A DNA stretch of 64,000 nt from Alphaproteobacteria bacterium (GTDB lineage Bacteria > Pseudomonadota > Alphaproteobacteria > Rickettsiales > JABCZZ01), in NCBI GenBank assembly GCA_013288985.1, contig JABDAT010000003.1, forward strand, positions 4,183 to 68,182, read 5' to 3'. The notes below the pieces were generated by a model. The model worked only from the letters and a program-made list of their open reading frames with translations, searched no databases and was not told the DNA's origin. Below are positions 29,706 to 38,555 of this stretch, piece by piece. Position numbers and translations under genes: made by a program. How positions within the stretch are numbered: position 1 is the stretch's first letter; each line of letters opens with the position of its first letter.

Positions 29706-31106
29706 TTAAATGCTGAGACCAATCTTTATATTATACTTGGTCATCCAGCTCAATAACGCCTGGGCAAGCTCTTCTTTTACGCCACGACTGCAGAACGCCG
29801 CTTTTAGTGCATGCATGTTGCACAGGGCCAGTTCTTCCGCAGACAGGGGTAGAAAGCCGGATGGAAAGTTGCTGCCAAACCCTGCCAAAAGTTTCACCTG
29901 TTCCTTATAGGTCATGCCGCCCATTTCCGGATTATCGGTTGCCAGAGCAATAGGCACGCTGTGATCACGCATAAGTGTAAAAATAGGATGTTTGGTCAAA
30001 TCAAGAATATGTTTGGTATGCACCGAAGGATCACGCATGCCGTCCTGCATTTTTGCATGCGGTATTTCTCCTTGTGTCGTTTCTTTTACATGCAGCGGTG
30101 CGCCGAGCGTCACGTTGATATAAGGCATCATAATAAGGGTGATGCCGCGTCCCAGCACCTCATTAATGGCAGCTTGTGATTCTATAACCTGGACACCGTG
30201 GGCAATGCGGGTTACCGGCAGACACTGCATAGTATCAAGCATATGTTCGACGCCAATACCTTCGCCGGCATGGGCTTCGCAGCCAAAGCCGGCATTTTTG
30301 GCGTTCTCATAGGCTTTCTTCATGGCAAAGGGGCCGCCGTCTAACCGTTCCTGCTCTTCATGTCCGGCAGAGTTAAGCGCTACGAAGACGTTGGGGGCTA
30401 TGGAGTTTGCTTCCTTCAGCCATTCTGGCCATTCCAGTGACCGCTCCGCCAGCGCGCCCGGGAGGTTCGACTTGCTGGTTTTATTGGGACAATGATGAAA
30501 CCTGAGATGAACGTTTTGCTGTGCAAACTGCTTTACGATATCGCGGCATAACCGGAAAAATTGCGCGCGTGCTTCTTTAGGGGGAAGGTCGGGGCGCAGC
30601 ACATGGGCGATATGAATATTCTGCAGCGCTTCCGTATAGCGAACATTCTGCCGGACGCAGCTTTGCAAATAGCGTTCCATGATAAAACGGTAATCCTCTT
30701 CCGTCTGCAGACCGCCGGGGGGATGGCGATGACCCTGCACGGTAGCCATAACGGCATCAAATCCGGTGAATTTATCATGCCCGTCGCCTACGCAGTTATA
30801 GTTATAGGCCAGATCGATTGGGGCGCCGTTCTCGTCCAGGCTTATTTCAAACCCGCCGCGGCTACAGAAAATATTGGAATATCTTTTTGCCGGATCACCC
30901 TTGCCTATATGTAGGGGGCCATCCTGCAGTTGCCATGTGCCGTCCGCCTGCTGCGACACCGTAATGAGCTTATTGCACAGCCCTAGTTCCCATGCCGTTT
31001 GCGGCGATATGGTTCCCTGCGCATGGACATGTATGTCGATTGCAGGGCATTCGTCTATCATCGTTTCCGTAAGCGGTGTGCGGATCTGGGCGGATTGTGA
31101 TTTCAT
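29706..31106 (-). CDS. adenosine/adenine deaminase-family metallo-hydrolase, enlarged and divergent
   Basis: Contains HxH (IDIHVHAQG), HAGE (EAHAGEG) and a late ATDNPEMGG where canonical ADA has TDDP. At 466 aa it has large inserts. Confidence 0.65.
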   Translation of the reverse strand: MKSQSAQIRTPLTETMIDECPAIDIHVHAQGTISPQTAWELGLCNKLITVSQQADGTWQLQDGPLHIGKGDPAKRYSNIFCSRGGFEISLDENGAPIDLAYNYNCVGDGHDKFTGFDAVMATVQGHRHPPGGLQTEEDYRFIMERYLQSCVRQNVRYTEALQNIHIAHVLRPDLPPKEARAQFFRLCRDIVKQFAQQNVHLRFHHCPNKTSKSNLPGALAERSLEWPEWLKEANSIAPNVFVALNSAGHEEQERLDGGPFAMKKAYENAKNAGFGCEAHAGEGIGVEHMLDTMQCLPVTRIAHGVQVIESQAAINEVLGRGITLIMMPYINVTLGAPLHVKETTQGEIPHAKMQDGMRDPSVHTKHILDLTKHPIFTLMRDHSVPIALATDNPEMGGMTYKEQVKLLAGFGSNFPSGFLPLSAEELALCNMHALKAAFCSRGVKEELAQALLSWMTKYNIKIGLSI

Positions 31107-31110
31107 GGTG

Positions 31111-31719
31111 CTAACGCATTATTTCTCTGATGGCTTCGGGATTACGCAATTTATTTTCTTCACCTTCCTTAGGCAGGGTAGCAAGCTCCGTTTTGCAAAC
31201 GACATCTCCCAGCGTGGCTTTTTTTCCTTCGAAGAAGACTTTGCCTGCGCACAATGTATCGGTATAGAAGCGGACATTTGCCCCGGTGCCTGCATAATAG
31301 GAAATGCCGTCGCCCCATGCGGTTTGGCTGAAGGTCAGATCGGCTGATTTTTTATCATCGCTGAGTTTGAATTCCTGTACCTCGGCACTATAGGCATAGT
31401 CCTGCAGGGAATATAATATATTATCAATGAACGCAGCGAAGCCTGCTTTATCAAACTCTTCCACCATGGGTTTTGCACCTTGCTGCAAAATGGAAAAATA
31501 GCGCACTTCGAGGCGTATATGAATGGGATCAGCCAATAATTTTTTTAAGCCATCGCTTATTTTTGCGCGGTCTTTGGTTGCAATGGCGCGGCCAAAATCA
31601 TCAAGCGCATGCTGTGCGATGCGTTTATAAAGGGTGGGGGGATATGCAAAATAATAATAGCCCCCGGCAGCAAGCGCCAACATTGTAATCACAGCTATAA
31701 TTATGGATTTCACTGACAT
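31111..31719 (-). CDS. N-terminally membrane-anchored hypothetical protein
   Basis: One TM helix (IIIAVITMLALAAGGYYYF) followed by a roughly 170-aa soluble domain. Its stop lies 4 nt upstream of the deaminase-family gene. Confidence 0.55.
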   Translation of the reverse strand: MSVKSIIIAVITMLALAAGGYYYFAYPPTLYKRIAQHALDDFGRAIATKDRAKISDGLKKLLADPIHIRLEVRYFSILQQGAKPMVEEFDKAGFAAFIDNILYSLQDYAYSAEVQEFKLSDDKKSADLTFSQTAWGDGISYYAGTGANVRFYTDTLCAGKVFFEGKKATLGDVVCKTELATLPKEGEENKLRNPEAIREIMR

Positions 31720-31789
31720 GCTTTCTAAGGATTATAGCGTTTTTTGTGCAGCCGTGGTATGAAAATCAGTGAAGCGGGGAAGGAAAATT

Positions 31790-32194
31790 ATGCTAAAAGG
31801 CTTTTTAATTGCTTGTTTAATAATGCTGCCTGTGGGCGCAGTTTATGCCCGCACGGATTTTCTGATTGTTACGCAAACGGCTCCGGCTCCGGCTGGCGTG
31901 CAGTTTGTCTCCTCTTCACCCCGCGATAACGAAGCGTTTGATACACTGCCGCAAACTATTACAGTAACGTTCTCGCAAGGCATTGCGCCAGATGGCAACA
32001 CAATCACTCTTTATGACCCTTATAATAATGCGCTCAATGATGGCAAAGCCACGACTAATGTTAACGCTATGGTGATCAGAATGCCGTCATTGAAGCAAGG
32101 CAGCGCAGGTATTTACCGGGCGGAATGGAAAACAAAATGCCTGTGCGGGGAGGATAAGGATTTAAGTGGAACGATTCATTTTGTGATTCATTGA
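31790..32194 (+). CDS. CopC-domain-like periplasmic protein
   Basis: GGAAGGA lies upstream of the ATG at 31790. Signal peptide. The pattern SSSPRDN..LPQTITVTFSQ...ITLYD...GIYRAEW...GTIHFVI follows the CopC/YobA beta-sandwich template. Confidence 0.5.
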   Translation: MLKGFLIACLIMLPVGAVYARTDFLIVTQTAPAPAGVQFVSSSPRDNEAFDTLPQTITVTFSQGIAPDGNTITLYDPYNNALNDGKATTNVNAMVIRMPSLKQGSAGIYRAEWKTKCLCGEDKDLSGTIHFVIH

Positions 32195-32209
32195 AGAAGA
32201 GAGATGGGC

Positions 32210-32731
32210 TCAGTGCCCCAACTGCAGAATCATATTCACCGCTTTTTCGTTGGCGCGTTTGAATTCTTCAATTTCATATTTATGCATGATGCGATCGAGC
32301 GATATCTCGGTGAGCTGCATGAAGATGATGATGATTTTTTCTGCCTGCTTGCGGATTTTGTCGACGATAGGGTCGGCGATATTGGCAAGTGCGGCAAGCA
32401 TCTTCTTGCTGCGCATGCCCAGGCCGTTGCGGTATTCTTCCAGCGCCATGAAGATTTTGCGAAGCGCTGATTCAATGCGGCCTTTTGCCGATTTCTTGCG
32501 CGAAGGGTTTTCAAATAAATTGATGAATTCTTCGCTCAAAACATCAGCCGAATCTGCCACCTGAGTAAGGAGCGGCTCCACAAGCGCCAATTGCGCTTCA
32601 GGATTGGATACAAAATCACTTTCTACCGTATTGGCAAGTTCTTCTGCCATGTCATATAGGGAAGTAATCTGACGATAGTGTTTTTCCAATGCATCTTTCT
32701 TCATAACGTCGCTCGCTTTGTCAGTGAACAT
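32210..32731 (-). CDS. hypothetical all-helical cytoplasmic protein
   Basis: GGAGA SD lies about 6 nt upstream of the ATG. The 173-aa product is charged with a helical pattern, and no family is recognised. Confidence 0.55.
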   Translation of the reverse strand: MFTDKASDVMKKDALEKHYRQITSLYDMAEELANTVESDFVSNPEAQLALVEPLLTQVADSADVLSEEFINLFENPSRKKSAKGRIESALRKIFMALEEYRNGLGMRSKKMLAALANIADPIVDKIRKQAEKIIIIFMQLTEISLDRIMHKYEIEEFKRANEKAVNMILQLGH

Positions 32732-32759
32732 TAACTGTCTCCAGTCTAGCGTAAATCTA

Positions 32760-32774
32760 TTAATTTCTTGTTAA
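32760..32774. promoter_or_regulatory. CtrA-type box TTAA-N7-TTAA
   Basis: The sequence ttaatttcttgttaa sits 29-43 nt upstream of the start codon at 32731. The region is AT-rich, so a chance match is possible. Confidence 0.3.
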
Positions 32775-32935
32775 AAGAATCTATAGAATTGGTTAATAAT
32801 ATATTCATTATGGGAGAGTATAGGGCAGTTATGTGAACATACGATGACAGATATGTGAACATTATTTGAACATTGTATATATTAAATTATATATTTATAT
32901 CAGTATATTATGTTTTATTGCTAACGTGAGCCTCC

Positions 32936-33958
32936 TTAAAAGCTGGTCTGCAAGACCTCCGATACAAAGGGGCGTTCTAAAAGCTGCCCGATTGCCACAT
33001 CAATGTCTATTTCCTCATATAAGATATCCCGCACCGTTTTGCAGATAGGCATGGAAATGCCTATTTTTTTAGCAAGCTCGGTCACAGAGTCTGATGTGGT
33101 AATGCCTTCCGCCAGGCGTTTCTGCCAGCTTTCCACCGTTTCTTTGATGGAGCGCGTCTGCCGTCCTATATCAAGTCCCAGCGACATATTGCGCGATACT
33201 TCGCTGCCGCAGGTAAGCACCAGATCGCCGATGCCTGAAAGCCCCATTAACGTCTCTGGCCTGCCGCCTTTAACATGGCATAAACGGCCCATTTCTGTAA
33301 TGCCGCGAGTGATGATGGCGGCCCGCGCATTCTCACCAAACCCTTTGCCAAGGGCGATGCCGCAGGCAATGGCTATGACATTTTTAATCGCGCCGCCAAC
33401 CTGGGCTCCTATTATGTCGTCGGTATGATAGGGGCGGAAATATTTTCCGCCGATGCCGTAAATAATCTGGTTGGCAAGTGTTTCATCGGCGCAGGCGATA
33501 GTGGTGGCGGTGGGAAGACCGCGTGCGGTTTCTTGCGCAAAATTGGGGCCCGTCAGAACGGCCAGCGGGTTTTTGGGCAATATGGCGGATACAACTTCGC
33601 TCATCAGCGCCAGGCTGCCGCGCTCGATGCCTTTAGTGGCAATGACAATCGGCACGCTGGGATCTATTTGGTCCGACATCCATATGCAGGTGGAGCGCAT
33701 ATGCTGCGAAGGAATGGCAAGCAGTAACATGTCGGAATTGCATATCTGGGCAAAATCATCGGTAATGCCGATATGCGGATCGATAAAGATTCCCGGCAGA
33801 TAGGCGTCGTTGGTGCGTTTGCTGCGCACGGATTCAAGCACATTGGGATTACTTGTATATAATGTAACCTTGCTGCCGGCGCGGTTTGCGACAACACCCA
33901 GCGCCGTGCCCCAGCCGCCGGCGCTGACGATGCCTATATGTGTGGGTGTAACCGTCAT
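32936..33958 (-). CDS. gpsA: NAD(P)H-dependent glycerol-3-phosphate dehydrogenase
   Basis: IGIVSAGGWGTALG Rossmann motif and a GAIKNVIAIA block. ATGA overlap with ileS. Confidence 0.9.
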   Translation of the reverse strand: MTVTPTHIGIVSAGGWGTALGVVANRAGSKVTLYTSNPNVLESVRSKRTNDAYLPGIFIDPHIGITDDFAQICNSDMLLLAIPSQHMRSTCIWMSDQIDPSVPIVIATKGIERGSLALMSEVVSAILPKNPLAVLTGPNFAQETARGLPTATTIACADETLANQIIYGIGGKYFRPYHTDDIIGAQVGGAIKNVIAIACGIALGKGFGENARAAIITRGITEMGRLCHVKGGRPETLMGLSGIGDLVLTCGSEVSRNMSLGLDIGRQTRSIKETVESWQKRLAEGITTSDSVTELAKKIGISMPICKTVRDILYEEIDIDVAIGQLLERPFVSEVLQTSF

Positions 33959-36900
33959 GCGGCCGCCGCCTGTGTTGAGAAGCCGATGGAGACTTCTTCG
34001 TTCTCAATCGTTTCGTTGACAATAAAGCTGCAGCCCTTCATATCGCCTTGCGTCAGCGAAGCGGCAAGCACCTGCTCGGCGATATAATCGTGGTAGGTCT
34101 GTACGGCGCTCTCTAAGCTCTTGGACACGCGCAAACGTAACTCAATACGGTCTGTCATGTGCAGCTTGGCATCTTTGCGCGCCTGCTGGATAAGGCGGAC
34201 CAAATCACGCGCATAGCCTTCCTGTTCCAAATCGGGTGTTACCCGCGTATCCAGAATCACCAGCGCGTCATTGCTGGCAAGCGGCTGGGCGCTGGTTTTA
34301 TAGGCGGGCTTGGGTTCAAGCAGCAGGGCGAATTCTTCTTTCTGCAATATCTCTCCGGCAATTTCTATGCTTCCATCCGCCAGCTTTTTCCAATCACCCT
34401 TTTTCGAGGCAGGGATAATCTGCTTGATTTTTTCCGGCAGGCGCTTGCCCAGCACGGGAAAATGAATTTGCAGTTTAAGCGTCGCCACTTCATCAAAATT
34501 CTTCGATATTTCGACATGCTTCACATTCACCTCATCTTCAATAATCGAGGTATATTCCTCTGCAAAGCCTTCCGCCTGAGTGACAAGCGTCAGTTTGGCA
34601 AGCGGCAGCCTTACACGCAGGTTTTGGGCGTTGCGAATAGCGAGTGCGGCATTGCAGATGTCGCGTATCGTGTCCATCTGCTGCATATGGCGGATAGTAT
34701 CGGGGAATGCTGAAACATCAGGGTAATCCTGCAGGTGCACGCTTTTCTCGCCCGTCAGGCTTTGAAAAATTTCATCCGTTGCAAGAGGCAGTAAAGGTGC
34801 TGCTGCGCGGCACATCACCACCAGCACCGTGTATAAAGTATCGTACGCTGCCTGCTTGTCGGCATCTTTTTCTTTTTTCCAGAAACGTTCCTTGTTGCGG
34901 CGGATATACCAATTGTTGAGCGCTTCAAAAAACTGGGTTACGGCTTCCGTTGCGCCGGAAGCATCGTAGGCATCAAGAGACGCGGCAATTTTATCCACCG
35001 CATGTTTGCATTTGGTCAGGATATAGCGGTCCATGACGTCTGTGGAGTCCACAGCAAATTTTGCCTTGGCATTGTCGGCATTGGCATAAAGGCAGAAGAA
35101 ATTATAGGCATTCCATATCGGGCGGATGGCAAGGCGCACGACATCGCGGATGAATTTGCCGTCCGGATCGACCATCAGGTCCTGGCCGCGCATGACCGGC
35201 GAGGCGATCATCAGCCAGCGCAGCGCATCAGCGCCAAACTGGTTAATAACTTCGAGCGGGTCCTTATAGTTTTTAAGGCGCTTGGAATATTTAAGCCCTG
35301 TTTCTGCATCAAGCACGACGCCGTGGCAGATGCAGTTTTTAAACGGCGGTTTGTCAAAGAGCGCGGTGCTGAGCATGATAAGCGTGTTAAACCAGCCGCG
35401 CGTCTGGCCCACATATTCCGTAATGAAATCCGCAGGAAAATGGCTTTCAAACCAGTCCTTGTTTTCAAACGGGTAATGCACCTGCGCAAACGGCATGGAG
35501 CCGGATTCAAACCAGCAGTCGAATACATCTTCCACGCGGCGATATTCTTCGCCGTTTTCGGTCACGATAATATCGTCAATTACCGGCCGGTGCAGATCGC
35601 TTACTTTCTGGCCGCTGGCTTTTTCAATCTCGGCGATGGAGCCGAATACTTTTACTTTGCCCGATTTGCTGCGCCAGACCGGAATAGGGGTGCCCCAGAA
35701 ACGGTTGCGCGAAATGCTCCAATCAGGAGCGGTTGCAAGCATATGCCCCATCTGGCCGTCGCGTATATGATCAGGAATCCAGTTGATTTGCTTGTTAAGC
35801 TCCACTGCCCGGTCGCGGAACTTGGTCACTTCCACATACCAGCTGGGCATGGCGCGGTAGATAAGCGGCTGGTCGGTGCGCCAGCAATGCGGATAGTTAT
35901 GTTTTATCTGTTCCTGCTTGATGAGCTGGCCGCTGGCTTTCAGATAGTCGATGATGCGGTCATTCGCCAAACCAAATTTACTGCCGCCTGGCTCGGCGAT
36001 GACATTGAGGCCTTTGAGGCTTAAATTCGCCAAATCATACACTTCATCGGTGAATTTGCCTTGCCCGTCTACGGGCACGACCAGTTCAATGCCGTTAGCT
36101 TCGGCCACGCGTTGATCGTCTTCGCCAAAGCCTGGCGCAATATGCACAATCCCGGTGCCGTCGGCATCGGTAACGAAATTACTGCCGTCAAGAATCTTGA
36201 ATGCATGTTTGTGATTGGCAAAATAAGGCAGGAGCGGGTGATAGGATAGGCCGATGAGAGCGCCTTTCAGAAGAAAGAATAAATTTCTATCCTTGGTATA
36301 TACGAACACATCTCCATTTTTTTCGGTGAGTTCTTTGGTTAAATTATTTGCCGACCGCTCACTCAAAATATAACCGATCCCATCTTTGACAACACACACA
36401 TACTCAATCTCTTTATTCACCGCCAATGCCAGATTGCTGGGCAGTGTCCAGGGCGTGGTCGTCCAGGCGAGCACGTAATATTTATCTGCCTTGGGCGCGC
36501 CTGTGGGGGGTGTATTAAGCTCAAACGCCACCGTTATGGCTTTGTCTTCACGTTCGCGGTAGGAGTTATCGAGCTTGGTTTCAAAATTGGAAAGCGGCGT
36601 CTCCGCAGCCCAGCTATAGGGCATCACCCGGTATGCCTCGTAGACCAGGCCTTTATCGTAAAGCTGCTTGAATGCCCAGAGGACGGATTCCATGAAGTTG
36701 GTATCCATCGTCTTATAATCATCCTTGAAATCCACCCAGCGCGCCTGGCGCGTGACATAGCGCTCCCATTCATGGGTGTATTGCATGACCGAGGTGCGGC
36801 AGTAATCATTAAACTTGCCGATGCCGTATTTGATGATGGCCTGGCGGCCGGAAATGCCTAAATCCTTTTCCGCACCCATTTCCGCTGGTAGGCCGTGGCA

Positions 36901-37191
36901 GTCCCAGCCAAAGCGGCGCTCTACGCGCTTGCCCCGCATGGTCTGGTAGCGTGCAAACAGATCTTTGACAAAGCCGGTGAGCAGATGGCCATAGTGCGGC
37001 AGGCCGTTGGCAAAAGGCGGGCCGTCATAAAAAATGAATTCATTATTATGATTATTGAGAGTGGCCTGGCGATTGTTGACTGACGATTCAAAAACGCCCT
37101 CTTTTTTCCAGCCGGCAAGAACGCGCTCCTCAATTTTTGCAAAATCGGGATTGGGATCAATGTCAGGATAATGTTTGGGTGAAGTGCTCAT
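33955..37191 (-). CDS. ileS: isoleucine--tRNA ligase, long (type 2-like) form
   Basis: PPFANGLPHYGHLL (HIGH), KYSKRLKN (KMSKS-type) and a CP1 editing domain. I start at the ATG at 37191 (MSTSPKHYPD). Confidence 0.92.
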   Translation of the reverse strand: MSTSPKHYPDIDPNPDFAKIEERVLAGWKKEGVFESSVNNRQATLNNHNNEFIFYDGPPFANGLPHYGHLLTGFVKDLFARYQTMRGKRVERRFGWDCHGLPAEMGAEKDLGISGRQAIIKYGIGKFNDYCRTSVMQYTHEWERYVTRQARWVDFKDDYKTMDTNFMESVLWAFKQLYDKGLVYEAYRVMPYSWAAETPLSNFETKLDNSYREREDKAITVAFELNTPPTGAPKADKYYVLAWTTTPWTLPSNLALAVNKEIEYVCVVKDGIGYILSERSANNLTKELTEKNGDVFVYTKDRNLFFLLKGALIGLSYHPLLPYFANHKHAFKILDGSNFVTDADGTGIVHIAPGFGEDDQRVAEANGIELVVPVDGQGKFTDEVYDLANLSLKGLNVIAEPGGSKFGLANDRIIDYLKASGQLIKQEQIKHNYPHCWRTDQPLIYRAMPSWYVEVTKFRDRAVELNKQINWIPDHIRDGQMGHMLATAPDWSISRNRFWGTPIPVWRSKSGKVKVFGSIAEIEKASGQKVSDLHRPVIDDIIVTENGEEYRRVEDVFDCWFESGSMPFAQVHYPFENKDWFESHFPADFITEYVGQTRGWFNTLIMLSTALFDKPPFKNCICHGVVLDAETGLKYSKRLKNYKDPLEVINQFGADALRWLMIASPVMRGQDLMVDPDGKFIRDVVRLAIRPIWNAYNFFCLYANADNAKAKFAVDSTDVMDRYILTKCKHAVDKIAASLDAYDASGATEAVTQFFEALNNWYIRRNKERFWKKEKDADKQAAYDTLYTVLVVMCRAAAPLLPLATDEIFQSLTGEKSVHLQDYPDVSAFPDTIRHMQQMDTIRDICNAALAIRNAQNLRVRLPLAKLTLVTQAEGFAEEYTSIIEDEVNVKHVEISKNFDEVATLKLQIHFPVLGKRLPEKIKQIIPASKKGDWKKLADGSIEIAGEILQKEEFALLLEPKPAYKTSAQPLASNDALVILDTRVTPDLEQEGYARDLVRLIQQARKDAKLHMTDRIELRLRVSKSLESAVQTYHDYIAEQVLAASLTQGDMKGCSFIVNETIENEEVSIGFSTQAAAA

Positions 37192-37289
37192 ATTGCCTAT
37201 ATAGTAGTGAGCCAGCACACTAGACGAAAAATGGCACATTATTCAACGGAAAACTTGACCAATCGGCCATGATATGTCGTTCTATATCC

Positions 37290-37730
37290 ATGAAAGAAAA
37301 TCGTCTTACCACCCGCCTTACCGATTACTGGAACCGGCTTCGTAAAGATAACATCCTTCCGCAATGGGAGCAGTTTAACACCGTGGCTTTCCAGGATTTA
37401 TGGAAATCCTGCTGTAAGTGGCGCGTTGAGCCGGGCCAGAGCGAATCCATTGTCTATACCTATGAATATGTGGGCAGTGCGGTGAAGGAAGCGTTGGGCG
37501 CCGATCCCACAGGAACCGTTTTTACAGGGCAACTTCGTGGATTTGCAGGTGCGCAGATTGTGCATAATATTGATAAAGTTGCAAAAAACCCTATGCCGCT
37601 TATGGACGAGGGGCGCTTCATCAATGATAAAAGTAAAATTGTAAAATATCGCAGCTGCATGCTGCCTTTTGGCACCAAGAAAGGTAAAATCACCCATATC
37701 GTACTGGGCCTTTCCTGGAAAGAAGGTTAG
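37290..37730 (+). CDS. PAS_5 (DUF1457)-type small PAS protein
   Basis: The pattern L..YW..LR..N.LP.W..F...... matches a family common in Alphaproteobacteria. Recalled from memory. Confidence 0.55.
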   Translation: MKENRLTTRLTDYWNRLRKDNILPQWEQFNTVAFQDLWKSCCKWRVEPGQSESIVYTYEYVGSAVKEALGADPTGTVFTGQLRGFAGAQIVHNIDKVAKNPMPLMDEGRFINDKSKIVKYRSCMLPFGTKKGKITHIVLGLSWKEG

Positions 37731-37748
37731 TGCTATGGAATTTTTGCT

Positions 37749-38555
37749 ATGAAACCTTTTCTCAAATGGGCCGGGAATAAATACGCCATCATTGAACGCA
37801 TCAAGCGGCTGCTGCCGGAATCGCCGCGCCTTATTGAGCCTTTTGCTGGTTCTGCCGCTGTCTTTCTGGGCACGGATTACCCTTCTGCACTTCTTGCCGA
37901 CAGCAATGCCGATTTAATTCATTTATATCAGCTGCTACAAAAAGAAGGCGATGCGTTTATCGCCTATGCTTCTGAACTTTTTACGCTCGAGAATAATCGT
38001 GAAGACAATTATTATACCCTGCGCAGCGAGTTTAACAGTACGGATGATATCTGCCGTAAATCAGCGCTTTTCCTTTATCTGAACCGGCATGGCTATAATG
38101 GGCTGTGCCGTTATAATGCGAAAGGCGGTTTCAATGTGCCTTTCGGGCGATACGGCAAACCCTATTTCCCGCGCAAAGAGATGGTAGAGTTTAGTGCCAA
38201 GGCAAAACATGCGGAGTTTCGCGTGGCCGATTTTCGCTCCGTCATGATGGAAGCCAGGGCAGGGGATGTGGTGTACTGCGATCCGCCTTATGTGCCGCTT
38301 TCACGCACGGCAAATTTCACCAGTTATGGAACAGGTAAGTTTGGCGAAGCAGAGCAGGCTGCGCTTGCCATTTTGGCAGAATCGCTTGCAGCGCGCGGCG
38401 TTACGGTGGTGATTTCCAATCACGACACGGAATTTACTGTTCAGGCGTACCGCAATGCTGCGCTTAAACGGTTTGATGTGCAGCGCAATATCAGCTGCAA
38501 TGGCCAGAACCGCGGCAAGGCAAAAGAACTGCTTGCTTTGTTTACAGCAGCTTAA
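37749..38555 (+). CDS. dam: DNA adenine methyltransferase, Dam (GATC) family
   Basis: Collinear with E. coli Dam from memory: FLKWAGNKY, EPFAGSAAVFL, ADSNADLI.LY, LFLYLNRHGYNGLCRYN..G.FNVPFGRY.KPYFP, VYCDPPY.PLS.TANFT.Y and VISNHDT. Confidence 0.88.
   Translation: MKPFLKWAGNKYAIIERIKRLLPESPRLIEPFAGSAAVFLGTDYPSALLADSNADLIHLYQLLQKEGDAFIAYASELFTLENNREDNYYTLRSEFNSTDDICRKSALFLYLNRHGYNGLCRYNAKGGFNVPFGRYGKPYFPRKEMVEFSAKAKHAEFRVADFRSVMMEARAGDVVYCDPPYVPLSRTANFTSYGTGKFGEAEQAALAILAESLAARGVTVVISNHDTEFTVQAYRNAALKRFDVQRNISCNGQNRGKAKELLALFTAA

Noticed and set aside
32891-32918. A dif-like string: agtataTTATGTTttAT resembles the XerD arm and spacer of E. coli dif.
   Set aside because: The left (XerC) arm has no CATAA inner palindrome. 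The region is generically AT-rich. The actual convergence of gene orientation is about 4.4 kb away, at about 28.45 kb, where there is no intergenic DNA.
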